Source: Nitrospirota bacterium (GTDB lineage: Bacteria > Nitrospirota > Thermodesulfovibrionia > UBA6902). From it: DNA of 64,000 bases. The position numbers and the translations under genes were made by a program. Location: assembly GCA_039715075.1 (NCBI GenBank), contig JBDLIC010000004.1, positions 3,041-67,040 of the forward strand. Reading direction: 5' to 3'. Each line of letters begins with the position of its first letter. The first letter of the stretch is position 1. This document shows, piece by piece, positions 51,820 through 61,239 of this stretch. Under the pieces are notes generated by a model that was given only the letters and a program-made list of their open reading frames with translations, had not been told where the DNA came from and did no database searches.

Positions 51820-54183
51820 TCAGTCTTTTTTTGTTAATAGAACCATCATTGCCGGTGCTAACAAAAAATCAGCAACAAGTGCCATACAGATGGTGAAACC
51901 GGTAATGAGTCCGAAGTTGAATGTACTCTTCAGCTCTGCAAATAAAAGAATAAAAAAACCGGCTGCGAGGATTATGGTGGTGAAGAGCATTGCCCTGCCG
52001 GATGTTGTCAGTGTGCGGCGTACTGCCTCCCGGGCATCTCCGCACTTGTCGTGATAGCGGCGGAAGTTGTGCATGAAATGGACGGTGTCGTCTACTGCGA
52101 GGCCGATGGCGATTCCACCAACCATTATGGTTGAGTAGTCGAGGGGAATTCCTGTAAGTTTCATTAATCCGAGTCCGAGCACTATCGGGAAGAAGTTAGG
52201 CCCCATGCTGCAGAGGCCGAGACGGACATTGCCTATCAGCAGTATCATGAGTATTGAGATAACACAGCCTGCAATCAGATAGCTTTCGGACATGCTCCGG
52301 ATTATCGATGCGAGTGTGCGCATTATGATTGCGGCCATGCCTGTCAGAGTGACGGTTGCGTGACCTGCAAAAAGGCCGCGCATCTTTTGCTCAAAATCGT
52401 AAAGCACATGGTTGTAAGCAACTGCATCTACCCAGGGTACTATCACGGATATCCGTGCTCTTCTGTATTCACGGTCAATAAACTTTTCAAGGTTTTCACC
52501 TCCTCCTACTTCATATAAGAGCAATTCCTGCGCGATCAGTTCACGGTCACCAGGTATTCTATATTCATCTATTTTCCCGCCATGTAGTGCCTGATTGATC
52601 TCCTTTATAATATCTGCGACTGCCGAGGCCCTGCCCACTTTCCTTCCCTCTATTACCATTTCCTCTGCAAGATGCTGTGCCTCTTCTATTTTTTTCATTA
52701 CCTCCGGCTCATACAGTCCATAGGGCTTTCCCGTATCGATCAGGAATTCAACACCAATAGAGCCGTTCATTTTATCATCTATCAGTTCGGTTGCCACACG
52801 TACCGGGACATCCTTTTTCAGATAGATCAGGGAATTGTGTGTGAACCTGAGCTGGAGGGCGAGAAGTAATGCACCGAGGAAAAGGCAGCAGCTTACTATT
52901 ACCACTCTCCATGGATAGCGAGTGGCGAAATCGCCTATAGCGGCAAGCATATTATCAAGTTTTGACAATGATGTATCATCAGTGTAAGGCTTCTGTTTTT
53001 TCTGCGGGGTGACAGACAGAAGGGCAGGGAGCGTCACGAGTGTAAAGCCGAGTGCCAGCATTACCCCTATTGCAGCGAAAATACCAAGGTTGGTGACCGG
53101 TTCAATGCCTGAAGTGACAAATGATAAAAGCCCGCCTGCTGTGGTAAGACTGGTCATGAGCACTGCAAGGCCTGAATGTCCGAGTGCAAAGGATATTGCC
53201 TCTGATCTGTTCCCGTGTTTTCGTAGATGCCTGTAATATATTGCCAGGATATGGACCGAATCGCCGATACCTACTGCAAGCAAAAAGGAAGGCAGTATTG
53301 TTGTGTTCAGGGTGATCGGTACCCTGAATGCAGCCATCAGTCCCAGTGTTGAGTACAAGGCGAAATTGACGACTACGAGAGGAATCAGGACACCGGATAT
53401 CCTGCGGAACAGGAACGCAAATATAATTATGATTACCAGAGTGGTGTAGCCTGTGAAGCGCATCATGGTGCTTACGGTCATGCCCTTCAACACTTCCTCT
53501 ACTGTCGTATCACCACCGAGGTGAATCGGGAAATCAGGAGAATGAAAACGACTGATGACTTTTCTGATGCTGTCCACAAATGCGGTCACCTCCTTTTCAC
53601 TCAATTTCTGTGAAGATGTGTTGGATGACAGATCCTTTCCTGCAGGAGATAAAAGGAGAGGTTTGATAATCACAACCGTAAAGGAACCGTCACCGGAAAC
53701 AAGAACGTTACGGTAAAGAGGATTCGAAAGGACGCGTGATTTGAGGTCCTTCATTTCAGCTTCATTTTCAGGAAGGCTTTCCAGCAGGTCCTCCACAATG
53801 AGATCATCACTTTCACCATAAATATGATCGGCATTGACCAGGCTCGTGACCTCATCAAGAAAGGGGACCTCCTCTTCGAGGGCTGAATGGAACTCCTGAA
53901 GTTTGCGGAGGAAGGCAGCATTAAATACATTTCCCGAATCAATGGCTGCTATTGCCATCGTGTCCCTGCCGAATTGCTGACGGAAGGACTCGTAGGTCAC
54001 GAGGGCAGGGTTCTTTTTGTGAAGAAGCCCCTCTGCCGATGTGTCCACTATAATATGCGGAAGTTGTGAGACCAGTGAGGCAACGACCAGAAGGCTTCCG
54101 AGAATGAAGAGCCATGGACGGCGGTTTACTATGTATCCGAAATTTGAAAAACGGAGTTCAATACGGTCTCTAATATTCTGCAT
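51820..54183 (-). CDS. MMPL/RND-superfamily transporter (HpnN-like, two SSD domains)
   Basis: 787 aa; 12 TM with two large periplasmic loops. Confidence 0.85.
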   Translation of the reverse strand: MQNIRDRIELRFSNFGYIVNRRPWLFILGSLLVVASLVSQLPHIIVDTSAEGLLHKKNPALVTYESFRQQFGRDTMAIAAIDSGNVFNAAFLRKLQEFHSALEEEVPFLDEVTSLVNADHIYGESDDLIVEDLLESLPENEAEMKDLKSRVLSNPLYRNVLVSGDGSFTVVIIKPLLLSPAGKDLSSNTSSQKLSEKEVTAFVDSIRKVISRFHSPDFPIHLGGDTTVEEVLKGMTVSTMMRFTGYTTLVIIIIFAFLFRRISGVLIPLVVVNFALYSTLGLMAAFRVPITLNTTILPSFLLAVGIGDSVHILAIYYRHLRKHGNRSEAISFALGHSGLAVLMTSLTTAGGLLSFVTSGIEPVTNLGIFAAIGVMLALGFTLVTLPALLSVTPQKKQKPYTDDTSLSKLDNMLAAIGDFATRYPWRVVIVSCCLFLGALLLALQLRFTHNSLIYLKKDVPVRVATELIDDKMNGSIGVEFLIDTGKPYGLYEPEVMKKIEEAQHLAEEMVIEGRKVGRASAVADIIKEINQALHGGKIDEYRIPGDRELIAQELLLYEVGGGENLEKFIDREYRRARISVIVPWVDAVAYNHVLYDFEQKMRGLFAGHATVTLTGMAAIIMRTLASIIRSMSESYLIAGCVISILMILLIGNVRLGLCSMGPNFFPIVLGLGLMKLTGIPLDYSTIMVGGIAIGLAVDDTVHFMHNFRRYHDKCGDAREAVRRTLTTSGRAMLFTTIILAAGFFILLFAELKSTFNFGLITGFTICMALVADFLLAPAMMVLLTKKD

Positions 54184-54332
54184 GATCAGAGCGGAATGTA
54201 TATATTATTTTTATGGCAGTAAACATATTCATTTCCAGTAGGTTATATGGTTAAAAATTGTCCCCAGTCTCTTTAACACAGGTGCATCGAGAGCATGAGA
54301 GAAGAAAGCCTTTTAATCTGTCAGCAATTTTA

Positions 54333-54398
54333 TTATTTTTTCACAAATAAGTATATAGCAAATACTGCAAGAAGTACTGCTAAATATTTTATATCCAT
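54333..54398 (-). CDS. candidate 21-aa hydrophobic membrane peptide
   Basis: cttAAGGAGAtacaaATG then MDIKYLAVLLAVFAIYLFVKK and TAA; near-ideal SD spacing; lies 150 bp upstream of the MMPL transporter. Confidence 0.35.
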   Translation of the reverse strand: MDIKYLAVLLAVFAIYLFVKK

Positions 54399-54511
54399 TT
54401 GTATCTCCTTAAGTGTTAATTGGACGGCTAACAGATAGTATACAGATTTTTCCCCGTTCCCATGTTACAATGGCTCATGACTTATGAAAGTTCAGATCTA
54501 GTGTCCTGACC

Positions 54512-55210
54512 GTGCATATTCCTCCCTATCTTGTTAATGAACATTATGATGACCGCTATTTCGATGTAGTAAATGCAATCGAAGAAGCGAAGCATATCTA
54601 TTTTCGGGGTGCAGGCATCATTGATATTCTTTCTGCCGCAGGGCAGGGGCGGAAAGAATTCAGAATAGGTGAAACCGGCTTTGGCGCAGGCCGTTTACTG
54701 ATTGCCCTCATGGATTTCCTGGACAATTGCGGCATCACGGACATAGAGATTACCTACAATTCCGTTGAACTGCATCCGGTCACTTTTGAGCGAATGGCAT
54801 CCATTCTCAACGGATTCAGAACAGAGGCTGGTCCGCTTATTGATCAGCTTGTCCGGACCTACAGCAGCATCGACATATCCAAACCGGGGTGGCACCGGAT
54901 AAAACTCACCCGGCCTTTTGGAATCGTGTCCCTGAATCTCTGGATTGGTGAGGCCCTCGAAATGGTCCATGCACTAACAGTTCCCTGTGACGCATGGTTC
55001 CTGGATGGTCATGGACCGAAGAAAAATCCTGCCATGTGGCGGCATGAGCTTCTTATTGCGATAGGAGAAAAAACAGTGACAGGTGGAACCTTTGCCACCT
55101 TTACTGTTGCCGGAGCTGTTCGACGGGGACTCATAGCTGCGGGGTTTTCTGTTGAGCAGTGTCCTGGTATTGGCGTAAAAAAATCAGCGCTCAAAGGGCT
55201 GAAACTATAA
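54512..55210 (+). CDS. MnmC2-like SAM-dependent methyltransferase (DUF752) for tRNA mnm5s2U synthesis
   Basis: 232 aa; GTG start; GETGFGAGRLLIALMDF and FLDGHGPKKNPAMW motifs of the MnmC N-terminal domain. Confidence 0.75.
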   Translation: MHIPPYLVNEHYDDRYFDVVNAIEEAKHIYFRGAGIIDILSAAGQGRKEFRIGETGFGAGRLLIALMDFLDNCGITDIEITYNSVELHPVTFERMASILNGFRTEAGPLIDQLVRTYSSIDISKPGWHRIKLTRPFGIVSLNLWIGEALEMVHALTVPCDAWFLDGHGPKKNPAMWRHELLIAIGEKTVTGGTFATFTVAGAVRRGLIAAGFSVEQCPGIGVKKSALKGLKL

Positions 55211-55359
55211 CGCGGGCGCCTGAACCAAAAAATTAAATGCAAGTAAATAATTATTACTTTCACTAAAAACAAATCAGTTAAAACCTTCTATTTCTTTCAT
55301 AAATATAGCCTATTGCCAATCGTCCGCTTTTCATTGTATGATGAAAGTAAGAGGCACAG

Positions 55360-56166
55360 ATGATGCTAAGAATGATCATTATTGTATTTATCCCGTTCTT
55401 CCTTTTCCCCGGAGGAGCTTATCCTGCCCTTGACGACAATGGAGGTGTTACTGCCATGGTAAAACCATTGATTGAAAATAATAAAAGTATACCGCCGATT
55501 GATACGGTAATACCCGATAAGATAGAAACAGCAACGTTTGCAATGGGGTGATTCTGGGGCCCTGACTCCCAGTTCGGGAGTATGAACGGAGTTATTCGGA
55601 CTCGTGTCGGCTATGCAGGCGGGACATCGGACAACCCTACATACCGGATGCTTGAAGATCATGCAGAGGCCTTCCAGGTTGATTATGATCCGTCCCTGAT
55701 ATCATATGAGGAACTGGTGGGGATGTTCTGGGAGGGCCACAGTCCTACAATCAGGCCATGGTCTTCACAATACAGACCGGCTATTTTTTATCACGATGAC
55801 GGACAGAAAAGGGCGGCGGAAGCGTCAAAAGAAGAGATTGCCTCAAACATGAACAGAAGAATCATCACAGAAATACTCCCGTTCAAAGAGTTCTATCTTG
55901 CCAAAGACTACCACCAGAAACATAACCTCCGCACAAACCCGAGAATCCTGGATGAACTGACAGGAATTTATCCTGATGTTGAGAGTCTCATAGCTTCTTC
56001 GGCAGCAGCCCGTATAAATGGATACCTCGGAGGAAACGGCACTTGCGAGCAGCTCCAGTCAGAAATAAAAAGCCTCGGTCTCTCTGTATCAGGAAGTAAT
56101 AGCCTACTCAAAACCGTCTGCGGGAGAAATGCGAAGATGTATTGTCCGACTAACAGGTGTAATTAA
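55360..56166 (+). CDS. msrA: peptide methionine sulfoxide reductase MsrA, candidate selenoprotein (in-frame UGA at catalytic position)
   Basis: Single frame 55360..56166 interrupted only by TGA at 55549..55551. Context ATFAMG-[TGA]-FWGPDSQFGS matches the MsrA active site GCFWG with UGA replacing the Cys codon. The rest is typical MsrA (VGYAGG...YHQ). N-terminal signal peptide. Confidence 0.7.
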
Positions 56167-56353
56167 AAGATGGGTAACCGGACCATTTACATCACCGCAG
56201 ATGATCTTCACCTTTTAAAAACTACGATTGACGAATGACGAGGTTATTACTACTTCGTAATTCGTCAATCGCTATTCGTCAATTTCTTTTCCTGTTGTTT
56301 AAAGGATTAGTTACCTTCTGTCTGCGATATAAGGATAGTGATAGGAGAATAAA

Positions 56354-57037
56354 TTATAACAACGACCCCTGGTCCAGATTTCCGGAAGAACCTTTAGCAG
56401 GAGTTTTTGATTTGGCCTTCCTGGCACCTGTTCCGCTGCCTTCAATAAAAATCGAGACCGTCTCTGTCAGGGTCTTTTCGAGGGGGAAGAGTTTCGGGTC
56501 AGAGAGCCAGCTCATGCATGCTGTCAGAAAAGAGACCTCAAGATGCTTGACCATCAATTCAACAGATATATCTCTTCTGATATCTCCCCCCTGTTGGCCG
56601 AGTTTTATTATCATGGTGAATATGTCTTCAAACCCGCTTTTAAGGTTTTTGCTGTATGATGGGTTGGCGATATTCTTGAACCAGAAACTCAGATATATTT
56701 TATAGATGTCCTGTTTTGATTTGAACAATTCGGAGGCTGCTTTTGTGAAAGTTTTTTCCAGCCTTTTTTTCGTATCAGGGAGCAGCTGGATCATCTGGAG
56801 GAGCTGAAGTTTGAGCTCTTTTACATTGTTCTGCCAGTATTCACTTATGATAGCTTCCTTGACAGGGAAGTAGTTGTAAAGGGTGGCCTTTGAGATATCA
56901 ACGTCCTCCGAGATCTGCTCCATAGAGGTTGAATCAAAACCATTTTTGCGAAATAAATACATTGCAATCTTTATGATCTTCTGTTTGGTTTCCAGCTTCT
57001 TTCTCTCGCGTCTATTTAATGTAGAATTTGATTCCAT
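56354..57037 (-). CDS. TetR/AcrR family transcriptional regulator
   Basis: 227 aa; HTH TSMEQISEDVDISKATLYNYF. Confidence 0.9.
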   Translation of the reverse strand: MESNSTLNRRERKKLETKQKIIKIAMYLFRKNGFDSTSMEQISEDVDISKATLYNYFPVKEAIISEYWQNNVKELKLQLLQMIQLLPDTKKRLEKTFTKAASELFKSKQDIYKIYLSFWFKNIANPSYSKNLKSGFEDIFTMIIKLGQQGGDIRRDISVELMVKHLEVSFLTACMSWLSDPKLFPLEKTLTETVSIFIEGSGTGARKAKSKTPAKGSSGNLDQGSLL

Positions 57038-57231
57038 CTATTATTGTACTCCTCTTACAATTGGTCTATGTCTAATATTATATACAGTTAAATATTAAAC
57101 TGATTATAATTATCTGTCAAGTCTTATTTTGATTTATTCCTGTAACTAATTGAAATATAGGCTAAAGATGGACAAGGTGCGGGAGGCTTAATGCTATAGA
57201 AAAAAAACAAATGAGCTTGATGCAGAATAGT

Positions 57232-57939
57232 TCATTTTTTAAGCGTACGTATTCTGGCAATATCTTCCTGGTATCCGTAGATGTGTGCGCCTGCGCTGTA
57301 GACATACATCGGTCCGCTTTTCAATCCTGCTTCTTCAGCAACATACTGCTTCAATAATTCTATTCCGCCCAGGTTGGACGGGAACCCTGCCCATAAATCC
57401 CAGGAGCGGAAATAGCAGGTTACGGTAAGCACAAGATCATCCCCCCGGGGTATTGCTTTGAAATCCAGAAGACGTAGACAGGGAGGATCAAAGTTGCCGT
57501 CATTGCCATAGCAGACATCATAATCCTCTGGTGTGGCAATTTCTACAACCGCCTGGTTTGTAAGTGGTGTTTCTTTCAACATCGCGATGGCCCGCTCAAG
57601 CTGTGTTCCTCCCTTGGGCATTGGATAATGTATGCGGCTGGAATACCTGTAGGTTTCATTTTCGGTCAGCTCCGGGTCCATCAGGTAATTTGCAAAGTAG
57701 TCTTCAATATATTCCATTGTTGTAGGGGACGGAATGCCGAGGGCCGGGGGTATCACAGGGACCATATCCTGGTCAGGGTGCTCAATAAAAACTGCCATAC
57801 CGGGAAACTGGAGACGGTACTGCTCTTTCTCAAAAGATCCCTTCTGGATCTGCTGTGTATATGAATTGTCAAATATATTATAGAGGAGCTGAAACCATGC
57901 ATCAGAGATAGTTTTTGCCTTTAGATAATATGGAAACAT
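57232..57939 (-). CDS. thymidylate synthase family protein (divergent, archaeal-type ThyA-like)
   Basis: 235 aa; DPPCL catalytic-Cys context and YFRSWDLWAGFPSNLGG aligning with the ThyA YQRSxDxxLGxPFNIASY region. Confidence 0.6.
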   Translation of the reverse strand: MFPYYLKAKTISDAWFQLLYNIFDNSYTQQIQKGSFEKEQYRLQFPGMAVFIEHPDQDMVPVIPPALGIPSPTTMEYIEDYFANYLMDPELTENETYRYSSRIHYPMPKGGTQLERAIAMLKETPLTNQAVVEIATPEDYDVCYGNDGNFDPPCLRLLDFKAIPRGDDLVLTVTCYFRSWDLWAGFPSNLGGIELLKQYVAEEAGLKSGPMYVYSAGAHIYGYQEDIARIRTLKK

Positions 57940-57989
57940 AAAATGGGCCGCCTTTCTGAAATGAGATATCTTACCATTAATAGTACTAA

Positions 57990-58112
57990 GCTGTCAGCCG
58001 TCAGCTATCAGCTCTCAGCCTTAAAAAAAAAACGAAAGCACCTGCTTTAGTTTAGCTGTCAGCTATCAGCTCTTATTTTTTAGCTGACCGCTGAAAGCTG
58101 ACGGCTGACAGC
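57990..58112. repeat. GCTNTCA heptamer arrays (direct array + inverted array pair) with embedded terminator
   Basis: 57990..58020 gctgtca gccgtca gctatca gctctca gcc; 58054..58072 array; 58083..58112 inverted array ctgaccgctgaaagctgacggctgacagc. On the minus strand a hairpin AAGCAGGUGCUU plus U10 at 58023..58049 terminates the OYE gene, whose C-terminus is encoded within the arrays. Confidence 0.8.
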
Positions 58113-59205
58113 TTTTTTTCTTTACACAATAAATTCCTGTACCCCTTAAGCCAGGCCTGAAACACGCATTGTCGGACATGCATGCTGATTGTATTTCTTT
58201 ACCTGATTCCCACCTGTTGATCAGATCAGGGTCCCGGATGAAAGAACGGCTCATCGATATATAGTCAGTGGTCCCTTCGGTTAACAATTTTTCAGAAACT
58301 TCAAAAGAACGGATACCACCGACGAGCATTAACGGGACAGTGATTTCGGACTTGAATAATTTTGCGGCTTCCAGGTAATAAACCTCTTTATCTGATTCAG
58401 GCATGCCGGGCCTTACCGGTCTCAGCTTTCTGTCAGAATGAATCGTGCCTCCGCTTAACTCAATCGCATCGATGCCCTCTTTTTCGAGCATACGGGAGAC
58501 CACTATCATTTCTTCAACATTGAGTCCGTCTTCCAGAAAGTCTTCAGAGTTTATCTTTATTAAAACAGGGAAGTCATTACCCACGGCATTCCTGACTGAT
58601 CTGTATGATTCAATTATAATACGTGCACGGTTTTCAATGCTGCCGCCATAATCGTCTTCTCTCCTGTTGTAAAACGGTGAGAGGAACTGGCTTAGAAGAT
58701 AACCATGTGCAGCATGAATCTGGACTCCGTCAAAACCGGCCTCTTTTGCCCTGGCAGCTGCATCCCCGAATGCCCTGACTGTTTCTGCTATATCTTCAAT
58801 GCTCATTGCCCTGCATATTGCTTTTCCATTAATCTCAAGGGCGGATGGTCCTGATGGCTCATCTCCGGTGAGTTTCAGGCTGGCCTGGCAACCTGCATGC
58901 GCGAGCTGAAGTACGATCGTTCCATTACTTTGATGGACAGCTTCTGTCATTGATTTAAAACCGGGAATAAAATCATTTTTATGAATACCCAGCTGAAAAG
59001 GCCCTGCCTGGCCTGCGGACTGTACAAAGGCATATCCGGTTATTATCAAACCAGCACCGCCCTCTGCCAGTTTCACCATCATGTCTGTTAACTGTGGAGT
59101 GCAGGAACCGTCCTTTCCTGCGAGCCCCACCCATGTTGCAGAACGCACAAAACGGTTTTTTAGAATCATATTATTTATTTCTGTTTTTTCAAATAAATCT
59201 GACAT
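58066..59205 (-). CDS. Old Yellow Enzyme family NADH:flavin oxidoreductase
   Basis: 379 aa; TIM-barrel OYE motifs (HAAHGYLLSQFLSP); C-terminal Cys residues. Confidence 0.88.
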   Translation of the reverse strand: MSDLFEKTEINNMILKNRFVRSATWVGLAGKDGSCTPQLTDMMVKLAEGGAGLIITGYAFVQSAGQAGPFQLGIHKNDFIPGFKSMTEAVHQSNGTIVLQLAHAGCQASLKLTGDEPSGPSALEINGKAICRAMSIEDIAETVRAFGDAAARAKEAGFDGVQIHAAHGYLLSQFLSPFYNRREDDYGGSIENRARIIIESYRSVRNAVGNDFPVLIKINSEDFLEDGLNVEEMIVVSRMLEKEGIDAIELSGGTIHSDRKLRPVRPGMPESDKEVYYLEAAKLFKSEITVPLMLVGGIRSFEVSEKLLTEGTTDYISMSRSFIRDPDLINRWESGKEIQSACMSDNACFRPGLRGTGIYCVKKKSCQPSAFSGQLKNKS

Positions 59206-59216
59206 GTAATCTCCTG

Positions 59217-59495
59217 TTAATCGAAAATCAAGGGATAATTATAAGAGCCGTTACAGATAAATGTCAAACATAATATTGAGGTTTCCCTATATTTGTTAAA
59301 CCAGCGCCTGCTCAAGACAGACAGGAGGTCTGATACATCTTCAATCCCTGCAGACAGACGGAAGAGGCCGTCTTCCGTGTTTTCGAGCGCGCGCAGCTTA
59401 TCGATGAGTGTCCTCTGGTTAGGCGTATTGAAATAACGTGGATAGACAGGGCCTGTCGAGATATTCAAATGCAGAGTATGTGAATATAGAAGTAT
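59217..59495 (-). pseudogene. 3' remnant of a Cys/Met-metabolism PLP enzyme (MetY/MetB/MetC family)
   Basis: Open frame after a stop at 59496..59498 reads ...LIDKLRALENTEDGLFRLSAGIEDVSDLLSVL. This is the C-terminal signature (G)LIRLSVGIEDxxDLIxDL of cystathionine synthase/lyase and sulfhydrylase enzymes. Only ~45 homologous residues remain, then readthrough. Confidence 0.55.
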
Positions 59496-59583
59496 TTACT
59501 CCCCGTACCTCCTTTTCATTATATGTGCCGCTGTGTACGCATTGAGTATGTTTTTTCATTGTCTTCTCCCTGGGAAACCAGAC

Positions 59584-60306
59584 TTAAGTGATCCCTTGAT
59601 GTATTTCTTCCAGACTTTTCATGAAAGCGTCAATGTCCGTATAATTTTCATAAACATGTCTCAGGCCGTTTCCTTTGAGCGGGCGCAGCCTCTCCCCGAT
59701 CCCTATGAAGTTATAACCGAGTTTAAGTGCGGAATTAAGGTCCCATATCCCGTCTCCTATATATGTAACGGATTTGAACTCCTTTACTCCATTTGATTCC
59801 TTTGCCTTTTGCAAGGATGCTTTCAGGATGTCCTCGCGCGCGACGGCATCAGTTGAAGATGCCATAGGGACTGAGGACATATTAAATCCCGAATGGTCAA
59901 GTTTGAAAAGGGCCTCGTCAGCCCAGCATCCGGTTGCCAGAGAGATTGCAATATGGTCCATCTCCTGCAATTTATCAAGCATCAGCTTTGCACCTGGCAC
60001 TTCAATAAAATCTTCCCTGCATTCCTTATATCTCTGTTTAAGATGAAACATTAAACGGGATTCAACCCTTTTCATCTCCTCTTCTGATCCTGCTTTTCCA
60101 GTCTGTCTCTCAATTGCTTCCATAGTAATGCCGGTACTCGAAACATGCCTGTAATTGGACCAGTCGGAATCAATATCTTCAGTTCCGAGGAGATCCCTGA
60201 TCGCCGAGACAAAGCACTCCCTGTCGTATTCAAAGGAACCGGTAAGGGTCCCGTCAATGTCAAACATGATCAGATGCATATATTTCCTTTTTAATATGTC
60301 GTTCAT
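59584..60306 (-). CDS. HAD family hydrolase (phosphatase)
   Basis: 240 aa; motif I IMFDIDGTL; motif IV GDGIWD. Confidence 0.8.
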   Translation of the reverse strand: MNDILKRKYMHLIMFDIDGTLTGSFEYDRECFVSAIRDLLGTEDIDSDWSNYRHVSSTGITMEAIERQTGKAGSEEEMKRVESRLMFHLKQRYKECREDFIEVPGAKLMLDKLQEMDHIAISLATGCWADEALFKLDHSGFNMSSVPMASSTDAVAREDILKASLQKAKESNGVKEFKSVTYIGDGIWDLNSALKLGYNFIGIGERLRPLKGNGLRHVYENYTDIDAFMKSLEEIHQGIT

Positions 60307-60309
60307 AGA

Positions 60310-61239
60310 TCATACCTTATTGTTTCTGCCTAATGAACAAATCATGGATCCGGCAACAACGATAAAAGCTCCTGCAATACTCAGGCTGTTAAGGTGTTCC
60401 GGTTCGATAAAGCGGGGGAACAGGGCTGAGCATATCTTCATTGCCACGACCGTAATAACAGGAGTCGTAGCCACTATCATACTCACCCGGGAGGCTTCCA
60501 GATGGTCCAGCGCTTCCGCAAAGCTTCCATAGGCAATAAAAGTATTTATAGAACAAAAACCGAGCAGCAGGAACCCCGGGCCGTCCAGATTAAGAACAAT
60601 GGATGGTCTGGCAAAGGGAAAGAACAGAAGTGCTCCTGAAATAAAAATAAAGAGCATGACTGTTTCTGACCGAAATGACTTAAGCAGCTGTTTTTGTGCC
60701 AGTGCATAGACTGACCATAAAAGTGCGGCTGCTAATATAAAAAGAACACCTGTTGTAAATTCCCCCAGCCGGGAAAACAGTTCATTGATGCGATCGTTAA
60801 AAAAAAGTGCCAGCCCGATAAGCAGCACCAGAAAACCTGCCCATTGCCCTGTACTGAATCTCTCCCTGAATATAAGAAGGCTTCCAAACAGCAAAAAAAC
60901 AGTTGCCATCTGGATAACTATTGTTGCCGTGCTCGGAGGAAGGTGATCAAGCCCAACTGCGTAAAAAATATAGTTGCTGCATAGTCCGGCACTGGCGACA
61001 AGAAGAAGGGAAATAACAGATTTCCTCAATTTATTTAAGGGAGGAATACTGTTTCTCCTGATTACAAAAGCAGACATCAGCACCGCAGCTCCAAAGAAAC
61101 GGTACCATGTAACAGTAAATGCATCCATATAATCAAGCAGGACCTTTAAAGCAACAGGCAGTATGCCCCACATCAATGCTGTAACCATTGAAAGGGCAAG
61201 CCCGAGACGCCACCGTCCTGTTGTAACATGTACATTCAT
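60310..61239 (-). CDS. DMT superfamily transporter (EamA family)
   Basis: 309 aa; 10 TM; two EamA repeats. Confidence 0.85.
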   Translation of the reverse strand: MNVHVTTGRWRLGLALSMVTALMWGILPVALKVLLDYMDAFTVTWYRFFGAAVLMSAFVIRRNSIPPLNKLRKSVISLLLVASAGLCSNYIFYAVGLDHLPPSTATIVIQMATVFLLFGSLLIFRERFSTGQWAGFLVLLIGLALFFNDRINELFSRLGEFTTGVLFILAAALLWSVYALAQKQLLKSFRSETVMLFIFISGALLFFPFARPSIVLNLDGPGFLLLGFCSINTFIAYGSFAEALDHLEASRVSMIVATTPVITVVAMKICSALFPRFIEPEHLNSLSIAGAFIVVAGSMICSLGRNNKV

